Shown: piece after piece, positions 1-14,150 of the stretch | How the letters are laid out: each line of letters starts with the position of its first letter | How positions within the stretch are numbered: the stretch's first letter is position 1 | Origin: Rhizodiscina lignyota | Taxonomy: Eukaryota | Reading direction: 5' to 3' | DNA: 64,000 nt | NCBI GenBank assembly: GCA_010015805.1 | Contig: ML978121.1 | Location: 2,728,001 to 2,792,000 of the forward strand | Made by a program: the position numbers and the translations under genes | Notes under the pieces: generated by a model | Database searches by the model: none | Told to the model about the DNA's origin: nothing | The model's input: the letters and a program-made list of their open reading frames with translations, nothing else

Positions 1-1660
1 ATAGCTGGAGAAATAGCAACCAAGACCCGCGGTTGCGAAGTCGCCGTGTCAGAAGGATGGCAAAGATCAGCAACAGGAAAGCGGTGCAGGCGCAGCAGCA
101 CGGTCCACCACACATGGCAGGTCCAGGTGGTCCTGCAGCACCGGGCGTTGGACCGCAGTCTGCGGGTATTCCAACTCCGGGAGCACCAAGACAAGCACCA
201 GGTTTGGGAATCGGAGGGCCACAGCAATTGCATCATCATCACCAGTCGGGACCTCAGTCTGCAAGCGAACAAGACGTCAGCGGTATGTTTCATCACCCGA
301 TGTAAATCGATGCACTTGCCTGTCCGTTCTGCTCTATAGTCTTTGAAATGGTCCCCATGATAATTGATTTTTACGGAATGATGGAGTAATTTGGATTGGG
401 AGGGCCTTCCCCTAGTCATGTGTCTATTTTCTACTTCTTCTCACATACCAACCTTTGTCCTCGGCATGTACATTACCATCACACCCTTTCGGACACACTT
501 CTGTAAAGATCCCGTCCCTCGCGCGATTGTTGAGGCATTTGGGATCATCCAGCCAATTGCATTTGGACAGTCACATAAATCGGCAGACGGGCAAAAGCAC
601 AATGGCATCGAGAATCCCACACACACGTCCCCCTTCCTCCTCACTTGTTCTGTGCAACGTGCTGCAACATGAAAGCTAATTTGTCACCTCTCACTCTAGG
701 TGGCGCCGACTATGATCCAAATTCCCACACCCACCATCATCCGCCGCCTAACGGCAACTCTCATGGCCAGGCTCCCAGTGGAGACGTCCGTCAAGCCCAC
801 AACTTCTATCCGAACTATCCAGCTCCACCCAGCGCAAATATGGTTCCGTCTCTGCCACCAACTCACGATCCCATGGATCAATCAGGTAGCCACGGCGCTG
901 CCCCTCATGCCGTAGCGACCTCTTCTCTCCCGAACCGCAAGGGCGGCGACGACGAAGATGATGCCGAGACGACAACGGCACTCTTTGGCGACCTTCCAGA
1001 GGCTAAGCGTCGTAAGTTCATCCTCGTGGACGACTCCCAGCGTGGCACCCGTGTCCGCGTCCGCGTGATGCTGGATCAAGTCCGCATGGCCGAGATGCCT
1101 GACTCTTACCGCAAGAACAACAGTGTCTATCCGCGCAGTTGGTTTGCGACTGAGATGCAGGACACGGAAAACCCTGGACCGCAAGGAAGGTGGCCCGAAG
1201 ACGCCGAGGACGAGGACGTTGCGCGAGGTGTGACTGGAGATGACGGCGAGAGAGTGAAGACGCATGTACCCGTCCAGATGATGGATGGCAGCGAATCTAA
1301 GGTGCCTCTCCCCAAGATGAGTCGGGGAAAGAGAAAGAAGGAGGTTGTGTTGAACGACCTGGGATACAGAATGAGCTGGAGTCAGAGCAGGGTGTTCAGT
1401 GGAAGGACGTTGTTCCTGCAGCGGTCACGTAAGTTTGCTCCCTTTTTCCTTGTCGTCTCCATTGTGAGAACACGATGAGGGAATTGCCATGGCTAACGAG
1501 TTGTCCTACAGTCGATGCCTACCGCAACAAGATGCGCTCAACAATGGTTGCCGCAGGACAAGATGTCGCAAATGTCGCGCCACACTTTGAGACCCGCGTT
1601 GGCAAGCGCAAGTGGCTGGAGCGCAGCAAGAAGACGAAGGGAAGGGAGGGTAGCCCGTAA
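1..1660 (+). CDS. Conserved fungal protein (DUF8032-type), 5' end outside the window; exons <1-282, 700-1428, 1512-1660
   Basis: Opens DSWRNSNQDPRLRSRRVRRMAK. Donor GTATGT at 283, branch GCTAAT 675, acceptor TAG 699 (both phase 1). Second intron GTAAGT 1429 to CAG 1511. The C-terminal domain KRRKFILVDD...RVRVMLD...NSVYPRSW...LNDLGYRMSW...LQRSLDAYRN is recognisable as a conserved Pezizomycotina domain. Confidence 0.8.
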
Positions 1661-4214
1661 ATCGGCGCTGCTATGCCCCTCTCCTTTATACGCGCGAGAC
1701 GGAGCGGGGTGCGGTTGGGTAGCGACGTCTAAACGAGCGACGAGCTACCGCGCGAAGCGAAGCAGCGATTTTTGCCTACGGCATACCCAGAGCCATGTGT
1801 TTCAGGGTGGTGATGGGGAAGGGGTGGTGCTTGTTTCGGAAAGGATGATCCTCGGTGGGTGCGGTGCCACCGTTGTCAAGACATGGGGCCTGGCTTGGTG
1901 ACTTGGGTCCCTGCAAGGAACGGAGAAGGCTATTGCCGTTCGTGCCGGGAGCGGGGATCTTTTTAGGAAGTGCACGATGGGGTTGTTTCTCTTTTCGCTT
2001 GCGGTTGAGGTTGTGGAAGGGGATTTTCTGCGTCGCTTCAAACGTTCAAAGTCGACCGTTCAACCGTCGACGGCCCATGGCGCGATGGCTCGTTCCCCTT
2101 TCCGGACGACCGTCTCCATCGCATTAACCCCCGTCTAGATCTCGATTGCACTTTAAACGAGCGTTTCTATGGGCAGGGCTTTTTGCAGCTCGGGAAGGTT
2201 ACATCAATCTCTTCTTCTTTCTGCTTTTGCTTCATACCATCGACATGCAAAGATTACCGAGCTGTCCTTACAGGATTTTTCTGGCTCATGGATTACGAGA
2301 TTAGTACATTAAAAAAGGGATAGACTTCTTCTACTCTTTTTTTGCAAGTTCTGTTTTATGAATGTCGGGGTTTAACGGCTTCTTTTAGGTCGAGGTTTAA
2401 TAGCTTGGCCATCACGAATGTTTCCTTTCGCGAGCTATATAAAAGCAGACGGCAGGATTCATTGCGGGCGCTTCTGCTTGATCAGGTGGACTCTTGTGAT
2501 ACCCGGGTAGATTAAAAGTAGGGCAATTCAATTAGGTGGCTTCCATAAATCTTTCTTTACTAAGACAATGTGCGCGATTGAATATGGAAATATGCAGTTC
2601 ACACAAATCGCATCCACCGCAACGCCGGGGACCCGCGCATTCCCAATTGGCGCCCACGAATGAATAAGCGATGGATCTGTGGGACCTAGGAGTAACGATA
2701 ATCGGCAGCCAAGTCGCTACTAGCCATTGAGACGTCCCTCCCTTGGTCGAAGGTGGAGCAGAGTGCGGATCTCGACGGTACGTAGTATGCGCACTTTCAG
2801 TACAAACGCGCAGTAGAGGCATTCGTGAATCGCAAATATCTCTCCCGCATGCAGAGAAGGCTTCCCATAGTGTCTGCATTTCCATTAGATAAGCGATCTA
2901 GAGCCTCACGTTGTTCTCCACTCTCGTACGGAGTAAATCGCGGTTGAACTCCTACGCATTGTTTCCATTTCCAGTTGGGCCAGACGATCTCCTCGCATTA
3001 TTATAAGTAATTGGCCTTTAAACCATGGCTTTCTCATTGGACTTATCGTCTATACCTTTTTAAAATGATGATCTTCTGGTTACTGTGAATGGCACAAAGA
3101 CCCTAATAGCTGTCTCAAACTCTGTCCCAACTTCCAAATCCGTTAGTCCGTGTGTGTGGGCCTGTAGGGAACGCTGACATGCACCAAATATTGATTCGTA
3201 CCATTTCCCGTTTTACCATCGCCACTCAGCCCATCCTAGAAATTGATTCTCGAAGAGTGCTGAATATGCAGGTTTGAAACGGTCGACGATCTGAGGGGGA
3301 AGTTGGAATGACGTTGTTGCGGAGTTGAAGTTCATGCGGGTGGGAAACTTGGAAGCTGGAAACGTGGAGAGATGGCGGTGATTCGTCAATTGGGAGGCTG
3401 GCACATGGTTGGTCGTTGAAACTAAGATAGCGACCCGGTGACGATTGTAGCATTTCACAAGAGCTGATTCCGTCATTCTCCAAGTATTTTACTTGCCAAC
3501 ATAGAATCATCTTTTGTTGAGAGTTTCGTATGGCCTCAAACATCTAGTAATACCTAGCGGTGAATCCGGGGTCGGGATCTACCTATTTTAGGTACTACAC
3601 GATGTGGTGTGAGCAGGGGTTTTAATCCTTGTAAGAACAGTATTTAACTGCAAGATGGGTTAGCGAGTAGAATCACCAGAAATTAAGCCAATCAAAGCCT
3701 TATTATTTACGCACTATACGCATAATCGACCTGAAACGTAATGATACCGGACAGTCAGCGAGCCGCACGTTTCTTGGGCTAACGTTACTTGTAAACGCTG
3801 CGACAGGGGTCCACTGGGTTGCTGCGGCCACATGCACCTGCTAGCGCCGACTTCCATATTATTGGAGAGGCGCAAGCCCACCACCACATCAACTTTGCCC
3901 AGCCTCGTCCTCTCTCCTCCGTACACGCCGACTACTCCAACGCTCGTTGCAGCTGTCACTCGCTTTATGACGTCCTAATCCGCATACTCATACAAACACT
4001 TCTGCTTCTGCTCCGCTTGAACGACTTTCGCTGTACAATATTTCGAAACGCCGATCTCGTTTTGGTGCCGGACACATCAGCCGCGGATCCTTCGAAGACA
4101 CGAGGGCTGAAAAGCCTCGTGTCGTTTCACGACTCCAGGAGAATCGCTATTCTGACTGTCTGAATTCACCATCAACCATACCGTCGCTTCTGCGCCTTAT
4201 ACCTCGCCGTCACA

Positions 4215-6716
4215 ATGGCTACACCTCCCAGTGGCCCGTATAGTGATCATCCTGATCAACAGTCTCACAGTAAGTGAATATCAACTCCAAGCTCCAACCT
4301 TGCGGGGCACAGTGGTCTCTCATTTAAATTCAAGCCTTACTAACATCAGAGCAGGAGTCTCTTATGAGCCAGATGAGCAATATCAACGATTCGAAACTCC
4401 GCCCCCACCTCCAGCGCACCGAAACCACCCCGCCGCACATCCTTCGAGCTCCTACGGTCAGATGCAAAGCGAGAGGCAGTATAGCGTGCCATCTCCTCCG
4501 TCACCTCAACGAGTATCTCCTCCAAGGTCAATAATATCTCAAGGACACCCAGTATCGCACAGATCTGTTTCTCCTCCTCAAGAGCCAGGATACGCGCCAT
4601 ACGCGCCAGGACCCGTTGCTGAGCATGGCCACCAAGGTCGAGGATCTTACACCACTCCAGGTCATGACAACCTCGGACCTGCTGCGGTGGGAGGTGGGAT
4701 TGCGGGCGTTGCATACGGTGTCGCTGATCACAATGAACGGGAGAGCGGCGTCCAGGCATTACGAGACGTCGATAACCTGTATCGCGGGCCTTCACCTTTG
4801 AACGATCCATTCCACGGAGAGGAGGGTACTCCGCATATGGAGGCCGGGCCAGGATTCGGAGGCAGACATCCAATTTACCCACAAGGTTCATCGTCGTCAG
4901 TCTTACCTCTGGCCGCCACAGGATACGCTCCAGGGCAAATGACACCTCACTCAAACTACTCCGGCCCAACTCTCAACCCCAACGACATGCCGCCCGATGC
5001 AAGGCAAATGAACAACTACAGCAATATACCACCAGGTCCTTACCAGCGGCAGTCATGGTACGATAATCCCTACGACGCCCACCAGATGGGAAGGGCACCG
5101 CCGGTTGGATTCAACGATATCGACCCGAACGCAATTGCTGATGACGGTGACGATGGCCTCGAGTATGCGCCCCAGCACCCAAAGAGGAAGAGTCTGCTTC
5201 CACTGGGCCGAGATAGCCATTCGCATTCCAGTCTCAACGCTGCCGCGGTCCCCGCCGCAGCAGCTGCTGCCGGTGCCGGAGCTCTTGCAGCGGGGACCGC
5301 GACAGCACAGCCGTCTGGAAATGGCATATTTGGCAATCCTGGCAGCAGAGATGGTAGCGGTTCATACACGCCTGTTCCCGGTGGTGCTGGCGGGAGTGGC
5401 GGCAATGTCGCTGCTAGCAGCATCGGTGGAAACCCCTTCGATGGCGGCGCTCCGAAGGAGCTAGACAGTGAATGGCTGGCTTCTCAGACCAAAGGCCGAA
5501 AGAAAATGAGATGGATTATTGGTTCTATCGTTGTTGTAGTGATCATTTGTGCGATTGTCGGAGGTGTCGTGGGTGGAGTTTTGGGATCGCGAAAGAGCTC
5601 ATCAAACAATGGCTCAGGATCATCGCAAGCTGATAGCAAAACTGGAGGCGGTATGACCGCAGCACAAGACGATAGCAAAGGCGACCTGAACAAGAACTCA
5701 CCGGAGATCCAGGCTCTGATGAACAACAAGGACCTGCATCGCGTCTTCCCGGGCATCGACTATACCCCGATCAACACTCAATACCCGGCTTGCTTGACGA
5801 ATCCTCCGTCCCAGAACAACATCACGAGAGATATGGCGGTATTGAGCCAGCTTACCAACACCCTAAGGTTGTACGGAACGGACTGCAATCAAACAGCAAT
5901 GGTCATCCACTCGATTCAACAATTGCAGTTGACCGACATGAAGGTCTGGCTCGGAGTTTGGCTTGGTAACAACGACACCACCAATGACCGTCAGCTCAGC
6001 GACATGTACTCGCTCCTCGACACGTACGGTGCCGACCCATTCGTTGGTGTGGCCGTCGGAAACGAAGTCCTGTTCCGAAAGGACCTCACTGCAGCACAGC
6101 TGGGCACAATCTTGACAGGGGTGAAGCAGAACCTGACGGAAAAGAAGATCGACCTTCCTGTCGCGACGTCCGACCTGGGTAGTAACTGGAACGCTCAGCT
6201 TGCCAGCGAAGTCGACGTCGTGATGGCGAACGTTCATCCCTTTTTCGCCGGCACGCCGGCCGACCAGGCAGCTGCTTGGACATGGTCCTTCTGGCAGGAG
6301 AATGACGTTGCCGTCGCGAGCGACAAGAAGAACATCATCAGCGAAGTCGGCTGGCCAAGTGGAGGCGGCAATGACTGTGGTACGACGGTGCCGGTATGCC
6401 CGACTAAGACGGCTGGGAGTGTGGCGGGTATCTCTGAGCTGAATGAGTTTATGAGCGAGTGGGTGTGTCAGAGTCTGGCCAATGGCACAGACTACTTCTG
6501 GTGAGTGGCCTCGGCAATGAATTTCAACAAGGAGGACGGAGCTAACGATCTAATCACAGGTTCGAGGCTTTCGACGAGCCCTGGAAGGTCATTTACAATA
6601 CGCCCAGCAAGGGCCAGAATTGGGAGGACAAGTGGGGCCTCATGGACGTCAACCGCAACGTTAAAGCCGGTGTACAGATCCCGGATTGCGGAGGGAAGAC
6701 GGTCTCGAGGAGATGA
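4215..6716 (+). CDS. btgC: Membrane-anchored GH17 endo-1,3-beta-glucanase (BtgC-like); exons 4215-4269, 4355-6500, 6560-6716
   Basis: Long disordered N-terminus, one TM helix ([24 protein letters not shown]), then GH17 motifs [34 protein letters not shown], and [10 protein letters not shown] after splicing. Canonical splice sites are phase-compatible. Confidence 0.92.
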
Positions 6717-7648
6717 TGGTCTTGAGGAGATGACGACTTTACGCCTTCAGACTTGCATATGGTTTTGGCATAGGTTTGCATTGGAGTAGCGGATCTGGTT
6801 GTTTTGATAGGCGGCTGGCATTCAAGTCGTTTGTGGGCTTTGAGGGAGAGGCGAAACATACGCTCCTTCTGGACTGGGTTGGGTTTATCTCCAAAAAATT
6901 GAAAGGGATTGCATGTGTGATGTGCATACGGATGGGACGAACAGTCGTGTGCTTCTCTCAAAGGAGAAGAGGTATAGGTACTTAATGAGTATGACGTAGC
7001 CATTGGTGAAATCAATGTAGTTGAAGAATAAGGTACATACCTTACTATGATGAGTCTCCGTATTGTTACTTTATCACCATCCAGCCGAGGCCATACTCAG
7101 CACAAGCTGCACTAGTCTCTGCGTCCAACTGCCGCAGTGATTGTTCAAGGCAAAATGAATGGCGCAAAACCTCCAGGAGACCATTTTCCGCTGAATGGGG
7201 TATTAGATACAGTCATGAGTGTATGGAGTCCATGTACATGTAACTTTCATTAACATGTTCTACTTTCTTGTACCCGAAGCATCCTCCGCCCACCTGGCAC
7301 TGTATGGAGCCTTCTCAAGACATGTCCCCCCTCTCCTACACGTGTACTCCCTATCATCGCCTTGTATATCAAATGGAGACTCTTTCTCCGCTTCCGGTGG
7401 ACATTGATACGGCTTGCCGACGACTACCCTACTTCCCCCGCATGTGCCCGTCATCGGACGGGGTGTAACGTGACTAAGAACTATGTTTAAAAAAAAGTCC
7501 ATGGCGAATGGAAAATGTTCAATTCGCACAATTCATTTTTAAACATTAATCCCTTCTCCCTGTCGTCTCAATATCAGCGGTTAATCTCAAAGGATCATTC
7601 CATAGTGCAATCATCCGGAGTAGCATACTAGCATAAAGCACCTCCACC

Positions 7649-8758
7649 ATGGCTCTAGTGCAAAATGACATCAAGGGCAAATTGGCTTTCATAACCGGAG
7701 CGTCTGGCGGGTCCGTAGTCTCTCTGTCAATTCATAGTTTGCTTAGATCTTACCGCCCTGTTGTAATGTTCTCCGAATAGACACATAATCTGATCTGTCT
7801 CTCGTAGCATTGGCGGCGGATGTGCAAAAGCTCTCCTGCTCAAGGACTGCGACCTCGCACTGCACTATTCCAGCAATTCCTTGTCCATGGAGGAACTCGT
7901 CGCTCAGCTAAAGAAGGACTACGACACACACGTGCACCCGGACTCGGATCGCTTTCTGCGAATCACCACGCACCAGGCGGATCTTGGGTCTGTAGAGGCG
8001 TGCCAGACGTTACTGGAGGATGTGAGAAAACGGCATGGGAGGCCGGTTGACATCTTCGTGAGCAATGCGGGGATCTCGCGCTTCAAGAAGGACATTGTGG
8101 ATATCGAGTTGGAGGACTGGGAGGCGGTGATGGGGGTGAACTTGAGAGCGACGTTTCTGCTGACGAAGGGTGTTGTACCTGCGATGAAGGAGCAACGGTG
8201 GGGGAGAATCAGTGAGTTCTGTTTGTTCTCTATGCGTGTCCTTAACTTGACGGGTGACAGTATTCGTCAGTAGTATTGCTGGTTATGGAGCTGGTGTAAA
8301 CGGTGCACGTAAGCGGTCTCAGTTCCCCTGTGGCATAGAAGGAGGATAACCAGAGTTGATCGGGTACTAACGCCTGAATTGCGTGCTAGACTACGCAGCG
8401 ACAAAAGGCGGGATGACAGGCATGATGAAGAACCTCTCGACGAGGCTAGCAGAGCACAACATCACAGTAAATGACGTGTCACCTGCGGTGAGTAACTCTT
8501 ATCCATATTCAACAGTTGAAAAGAGTTTCATTGCCGTTGCCGTTTCCATCGTTATGACTACTGACTGCCAGCGTATAGATGATCGGCGACACAGGGATGT
8601 TTCCGTCGAGTAGCGACGTGCCGAAGCATTCCCCAGATATCCCGCTCGGCAGGCTCGGAACGCCTGAGGAGTGCGCGAATGTGGTTGTCATGTTCTGTAC
8701 AACGGGATACATGACAGGTCAGAGTGTACTGCTTGCCGGTGGTTTGAACCACAAATGA
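7649..8758 (+). CDS. Short-chain dehydrogenase/reductase (FabG-like), multi-exon
   Basis: TGASGGIG Rossmann motif formed across intron 7711-7807; VSNAG; HYAATK (YxxxK) formed across an intron; NITVNDVSP; C-terminal GYMTGQSVLLAGG then TGA 8756-8758. Confidence 0.88.
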
Positions 8759-11061
8759 GTGCACCCATCAGTTTTGGCTGGATCTATTCTCCAGTCGAAT
8801 CGGTTCGAAGATAAAAGCAGTGCAGATAAAGTTCGGGTACAAAACAGGGGCGTTGGTCGGATGTCGTGCTTTGCTCTGAGAATGATGGTTCCACAAGTCG
8901 GCGATTCCAGAAGTCGACGAGTCGTTGAGCCTTACGATCTGAATTCAGCGATAAGAGTGCTAGGATGTTGGGTATCGAAAACCGGAATCACGCGAAGAAT
9001 GCAAGAAATGTTTGCTGGTTGCGGAGCTATGGACTGCAGTAGGATTTAGTTGCATGTGATTGTCGAGTGAGGCTTCAGAGGAGATTAAGAGAGAAATGGA
9101 AATGATAAACCTCAACCAGAAGCACTTCGTGCTGTAAGACGGATTGAAATGCAGGTGAAGAAGGAGTATCCTTATATCTCCTCCCGAGGCTGCTTCTTTC
9201 ATGCAGATTTGAGGGGCGAACACCTCCGATTAAAGCCCAAGCTAGTGCCCCTGACCTTGACATGGCATGCATACAGAGGGCGATCCGTATAGAGTCGCTG
9301 GATGGAATGGAAATGCGCATTGAAATGCGGGGAACACAGAAAAAAGGAAAAGTCTGAGCTGTTCCAGCGTTTTGCAGGACAATAGTGCCTGTGGAGCCCA
9401 TGAACGTACACTGCTAAATGAGCAGACCGGATTAATGGGATTCCCATCATCCCACCAACCTGGTTTGTACGGGACAGTAAGGCAGCCTTGTCACACATGA
9501 GCGTTTGAAATAGCGAAACAGCGTACAGGATCCGAGTCTTTGGTAAGAGATGCGAAGCAACTCAGCTTACACCAAGCTGCTCCGACACCTGTCATCGCAA
9601 CGGTTGGTCGTGCTCCAAGCCTGCCTAGGCCCACCACAATGGCTCGGAAGCGTTCATCGTAGTGGCACCCTCGTGCTTCCGTACACTCGAGTCAATGCCC
9701 AACTGGGCGTTGGGAGTGCTGTCTAAGTGTCCAGACAACTACGGCACAACATAGAGTGGTGATGCTCTCGGAACGAGCCCCGTTGGCACCCACTGGTCAA
9801 GGCGGCAATGCGGACGAATAGGTAGGTACACGTAGCATGAGAGGTCCGCTCGGTCAACGAGGATACAAACAAAGTGTTGGTAGCCTGATTTCAAAGACGC
9901 TCGGTGAGATGCATATAATACGTGCCGAGGAAGACGATCGCACGCGGGGAGCTGGAGGTGTAACGATGGGAGTGCTTGCCTCACTTTCGAGGTCGTGGGT
10001 GACTCGTGCGGCGCATGACGTCGGTGGAATTGGAAGGGGCACGAGCTCTCGCTGTGTGTGGCAACGTCAAGCAACGGCGTCGCAGTTAGCTGTGAAATGC
10101 GGCACGCTAGAAGGCCTCAGTTTTGTCTAGAAGCTGCGGGGGAGGGTCCCAGGGACGTCAAGAAATGTAGCAGTTAATTTCCATCTTCAAGAGATGTTGA
10201 TAGCAGAGCCGCAGAGAAATGCTGCCCTTTCTAACGACATCCCTGACCTTCCATCCTTGCTTGCACCTTGAAAATGACATCTTCACCGGCCGCGGCCTGA
10301 CCAGTCCTAAACCCAACCACACCTCCGCTCACTATCTTAACCTCTGTCACCGCACTTCTTCTCTCTAGTCTGCGTAATGCACATGCGCTGCGGACCCTTA
10401 ACACCTCTTTGTTAAGCGTATCACCCTGCCTCCGCCTCCCCACGCCGCATACTCGCACGCATGCCTTTCTGCAAGACGCAACTCACCACTTCGAACAAGC
10501 CTTCCCTGCACAACACACCGTTACCGCCGCCATTTCCAGCTTCCTAGCCAACGCATTCAAATCTTCACACGGTTCTTTCACTGCATCCCAGCAACGGGCT
10601 GCCTGCCAACCAGCTCGCGTCGGGCATCAAGTCACTGTTACAAGCATCAGACCACACGCAACGGCCACCAGCAGCCGCAGGCGTTGCCCCTCTGCGACGC
10701 GATACAAGGGAATCAGGACAGCTCAGCAACTATCCACTCGTGTTGCTGAAGGGACCATCTTACTGTAAGTCTGCTCTGTAAATGTTTATGGCAAAACACA
10801 TCCCCCAGCGATACTTAAGCAGACCCATTCCTGTGATCGTCACCAAATTCCGCAATGGTCAACACCACGGGAAAATCCACTATGAGCGCCAAAGTGCTGA
10901 TCTATCCTCCGCAGGAGGCCTTTGAGCCTACCACCAAACGTCGAGTCTTTTCTCATATCGAATTTCCTAGACGGAACTCTGCACCAAAATCCATCATCGT
11001 CTCGGCTCGCAGGCCTAAGTCACCAACAAAGAGATCCATTTCACCCTCGAAAGAATCCACC

Positions 11062-14000
11062 ATGTCTGACCGAACCTACTACCGACCTCTATCCCCCGGT
11101 GGACGTCGCCTCGTCGTTCCTGAAAGAGCGTCCACGGGCAAGGTTACTTCATCAAGTGCGTACGATTCATACTATGATGGCTCCCGGTCAAGAGATCCAT
11201 ATGGTGTTTCGCCACGGACGAGTGGCGAGAAGTTGCCCAACACTGGAGGGGTTGTTCCCCTATCTACAGAGACCTATGTGACGCCTTCGCATGCTACGCA
11301 TTCGTCGCGAAGCAGTGCATATTCTGGAGCATATGCTGGTGGTCCGCGGAGGCGTTCAACATTGACCGAGTCGGCTCGTCCTGTAATCACACACCAGGCT
11401 CAGCGGTCCGAACGCCCCTCCAGCCCGCTGAGCAGACATTTTGATCGCGAGCCGGCCTATGTCACATCCAGTGTCTCAGGCTCACAGCCAAAGCGGGAGC
11501 ACAAGAGACTATATAGCGTAGATGATACGGGTCATGCTACACCTGCTGACCCGCATACACGCAACTTCGACAGCTGGTCAAATAGTGATCGCCAGCGTGA
11601 AAGACGGGAACAACCGAGAGAGCCTAGAGAGCCTAGAGAGCCGAGAGAGCCGAGAGAGCCGAGAGATCGTGATCGAGAATACCATTTGACTGGACTTGCT
11701 GCAAAGCGTATTGACGACAGCAACTTCAGTTACACGGATGCTGCTGGCATGTTCCGGGACACCGAACCACGCTGGCGACCACGCCGCGGCAGTGTTGATG
11801 GTCGCAGCAGGGAGAGACCGACCAGCTTGGTGGCCGATACACCCTATCAAGCTCCGGTCCGCTCGACAAGAGAAATGGGTCCACCACCGAGCACCAGAGG
11901 CTTCGACAGAGTCAATGAAGCAATTGCCAGAGGAGGAAGTGTTCGTGAGCCGAGAGCGTCCTCAAGAGAAAGGAACGCACCTTATCTCGGTGTTGACAGA
12001 GCTGCGACTTTTGATGTTCCTCTCCGTCCATCATCCACACGGCCTCCAACTGAACTTGCTGGAGGTCATCGTCAACTATCTCAAGACCAGAGGCTAGAGC
12101 AGAAACCAGTCTATAAGGCCGACACATACGACAACTATCGCGAGCCACGCCCTGTGGAGCGACGATTCGCGGACCGCGAGGTCGAGACTCGTGGCTTTGG
12201 CATCCGCAGCGGGAGCGTCGACTACGGTGGATCTTCCAGAGAGGACTCCCGTGATAGGCGTCTTGCCTATCCTTCCGACGCACCTCCGCTACAGCTAGAG
12301 CCGGCACGCCAATCAAGCATCACAGACTACGTCCCTGCACAAGTTCTGGATGATCCCAAACGCCATCACACCTACCAACCCTCAGAACAGGAGTATGCCC
12401 GGGACCGTTACAGGCCTGAAGCATATATTGATGATCATGGGAGACTCCGTGATGATACAGAACGACATGGGTCGATATCTAGCCAGGGTATGCCACCACC
12501 AGACCGGCATGGCTATGTCTCTGGCCAAGCTATGACTGCGGCTGCAGGCGCTGCAGCAGGGGCGTATGCTGCGAACAAAGCTGTTGAAGAGAGACCAAGG
12601 GACAGACGTTATGACGACGGCGCGAGCAGGGCTGTGGAAGAACGTCCAAGAGACAGGAGATATGATGATGAGGAAGCGAGGAGACGACGAGTGCCCAGGA
12701 CGGATATTTCTGATGATAAAGAAGACCGTCCTCGTGAGCGCGAACGAGAGCGTGACCGAGAGCGTGACCGAGAACGTGAGCGTGAACGTGAAAGAGATAG
12801 AGAACGAGAACGAGAGCGCGAGCGAGAGAGGGAGAGGGAGCGAGAGCGCAAAGACCGAGAACGCGATGAGCCACCAAGGGAAACTCGCGATGCGAAAGTG
12901 GGTGCCGAAGAAGTCGACGCAGATGAAGACTACCGTCGCCGCGTGCAGCAAGAGTTGCAAGTTCTGCAAAACCCCTCTCGCGAGCCCACTCACGAGGATG
13001 ATGGCTCAGACCGCGAACGTCGCCGCCGTGAACGGGACGAGCGTCAGCGCGAGCGTGATCGCGAAAGAGAAAGGGAAAGAGGCCGGGACCGCCCTCGTAC
13101 TAGTGACGATGAGAGCACTATTAATCCCCCTGTGGCTCCTGCCACGGCCCCTCCTGCGGCATATGCTCGTGCTCCTCCTCCAGCCCCTATTATGACCACC
13201 GAACCAGTCCGTGGGGATTACCACAATCAACGCGAACCAGGTCGCGAAGACTACCACAATCAACGCGATCCCAGCGTCTTCAGTGACGCCTTGACGCAAG
13301 AGCCTTCGGAAGTTGTCCCCGCCACTTTCGGTTCAGCGCGCGACTTCTCCGATCCCTCGGAAGTAGACACATATCCTTCAGCACGCTCACGCTCCTCGTC
13401 GCTTCCGGCGAAGGAGGCGCGTGTCCGCATTGTCGAGCCTCCGAAGGAAGAGAAGGAGTCGCCGCCAATCAAGAGCATCCTCAAGAGGCCCACGTCCAAG
13501 TTTCCTGAGGATCCGAACCCAATCAGGGAAGGCGTTGCACCGCTCAAGGATCCGAAGAAAGAGGAGAAGGCTAGGAAGGAAGGCATTCCAAAAGATGCGA
13601 AGTGGACAAAGATTGATCGCAGATGGGTAAATCCACAAGCGCTGGACGAGGCAGGCGAAAGATATGAAGAAAGGATGGACTGTGTGATTGTACTGCGGGT
13701 GCTGACGAGAGATGAGATTCAGAAGCTTGCGGATAAGACGAGGCAGATCAGAGGTGAGTTGTGTTCCGTCTAACATTCCATTCTGTGCGAGAACTAAACC
13801 ACTCTTAAGATGAACGCGAGAAGAAGGACCACAAACGCCGCCATCACGACAGCGATCGCGACGAGGACAAAAACCGCGACCGCGATAAAGACCGCGATAA
13901 AGATCGCGAAAGGGATCGGGACCGGGATCGAGACCGTGATAGGAAGGATAGGGATGACAGACGAGATAGAGACCGAGATGATCGCAGGGATAAGAGGGAT

Positions 14001-14150
14001 AAAGACAGGAGACGCGATCAGGACAGCGACTATTACGACTCCGAGGAAGAGGAATACGAGCAGATGCGTAAAGAGAGGGAGCGCCTGGAGCGCGAGTTGA
14101 GAAGAGAAAAGGAGAAGCCCAAGCAGCTGGAGATGGCTCATGAACGATGA
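11062..14150 (+). CDS. Large R/E/D-rich low-complexity protein with a C-terminal DUF8035-type domain; intron 13754-13809; an upstream start at 10855 is possible
   Basis: 972-aa ORF; conserved block IPKDAKWTKIDRRWVNPQALDEAGERYEERMDCVIVLRVLTRDEIQ; donor GTGAGT at 13754 to acceptor AAG 13809 continues in frame into an RD-repeat tail ending TGA 14148-14150. Confidence 0.8.
11608..11670 (+). repeat. Coding tandem repeat (GAGCCKAGA)n encoding (EPR)5
   Basis: gagcctaga gagcctaga gagccgaga gagccgaga gagccgaga seen directly. Confidence 0.9.
12730..12865 (+). repeat. Coding RE/RD dipeptide repeat
   Basis: Translation RERERERDRERDRERERERERDRERERERERERERERERKDRERD. Confidence 0.9.

Noticed and set aside
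3213..3543. 105-aa minus-strand ORF upstream of btgC
   Set aside because: No motif, codon bias or splice support; probably intergenic.
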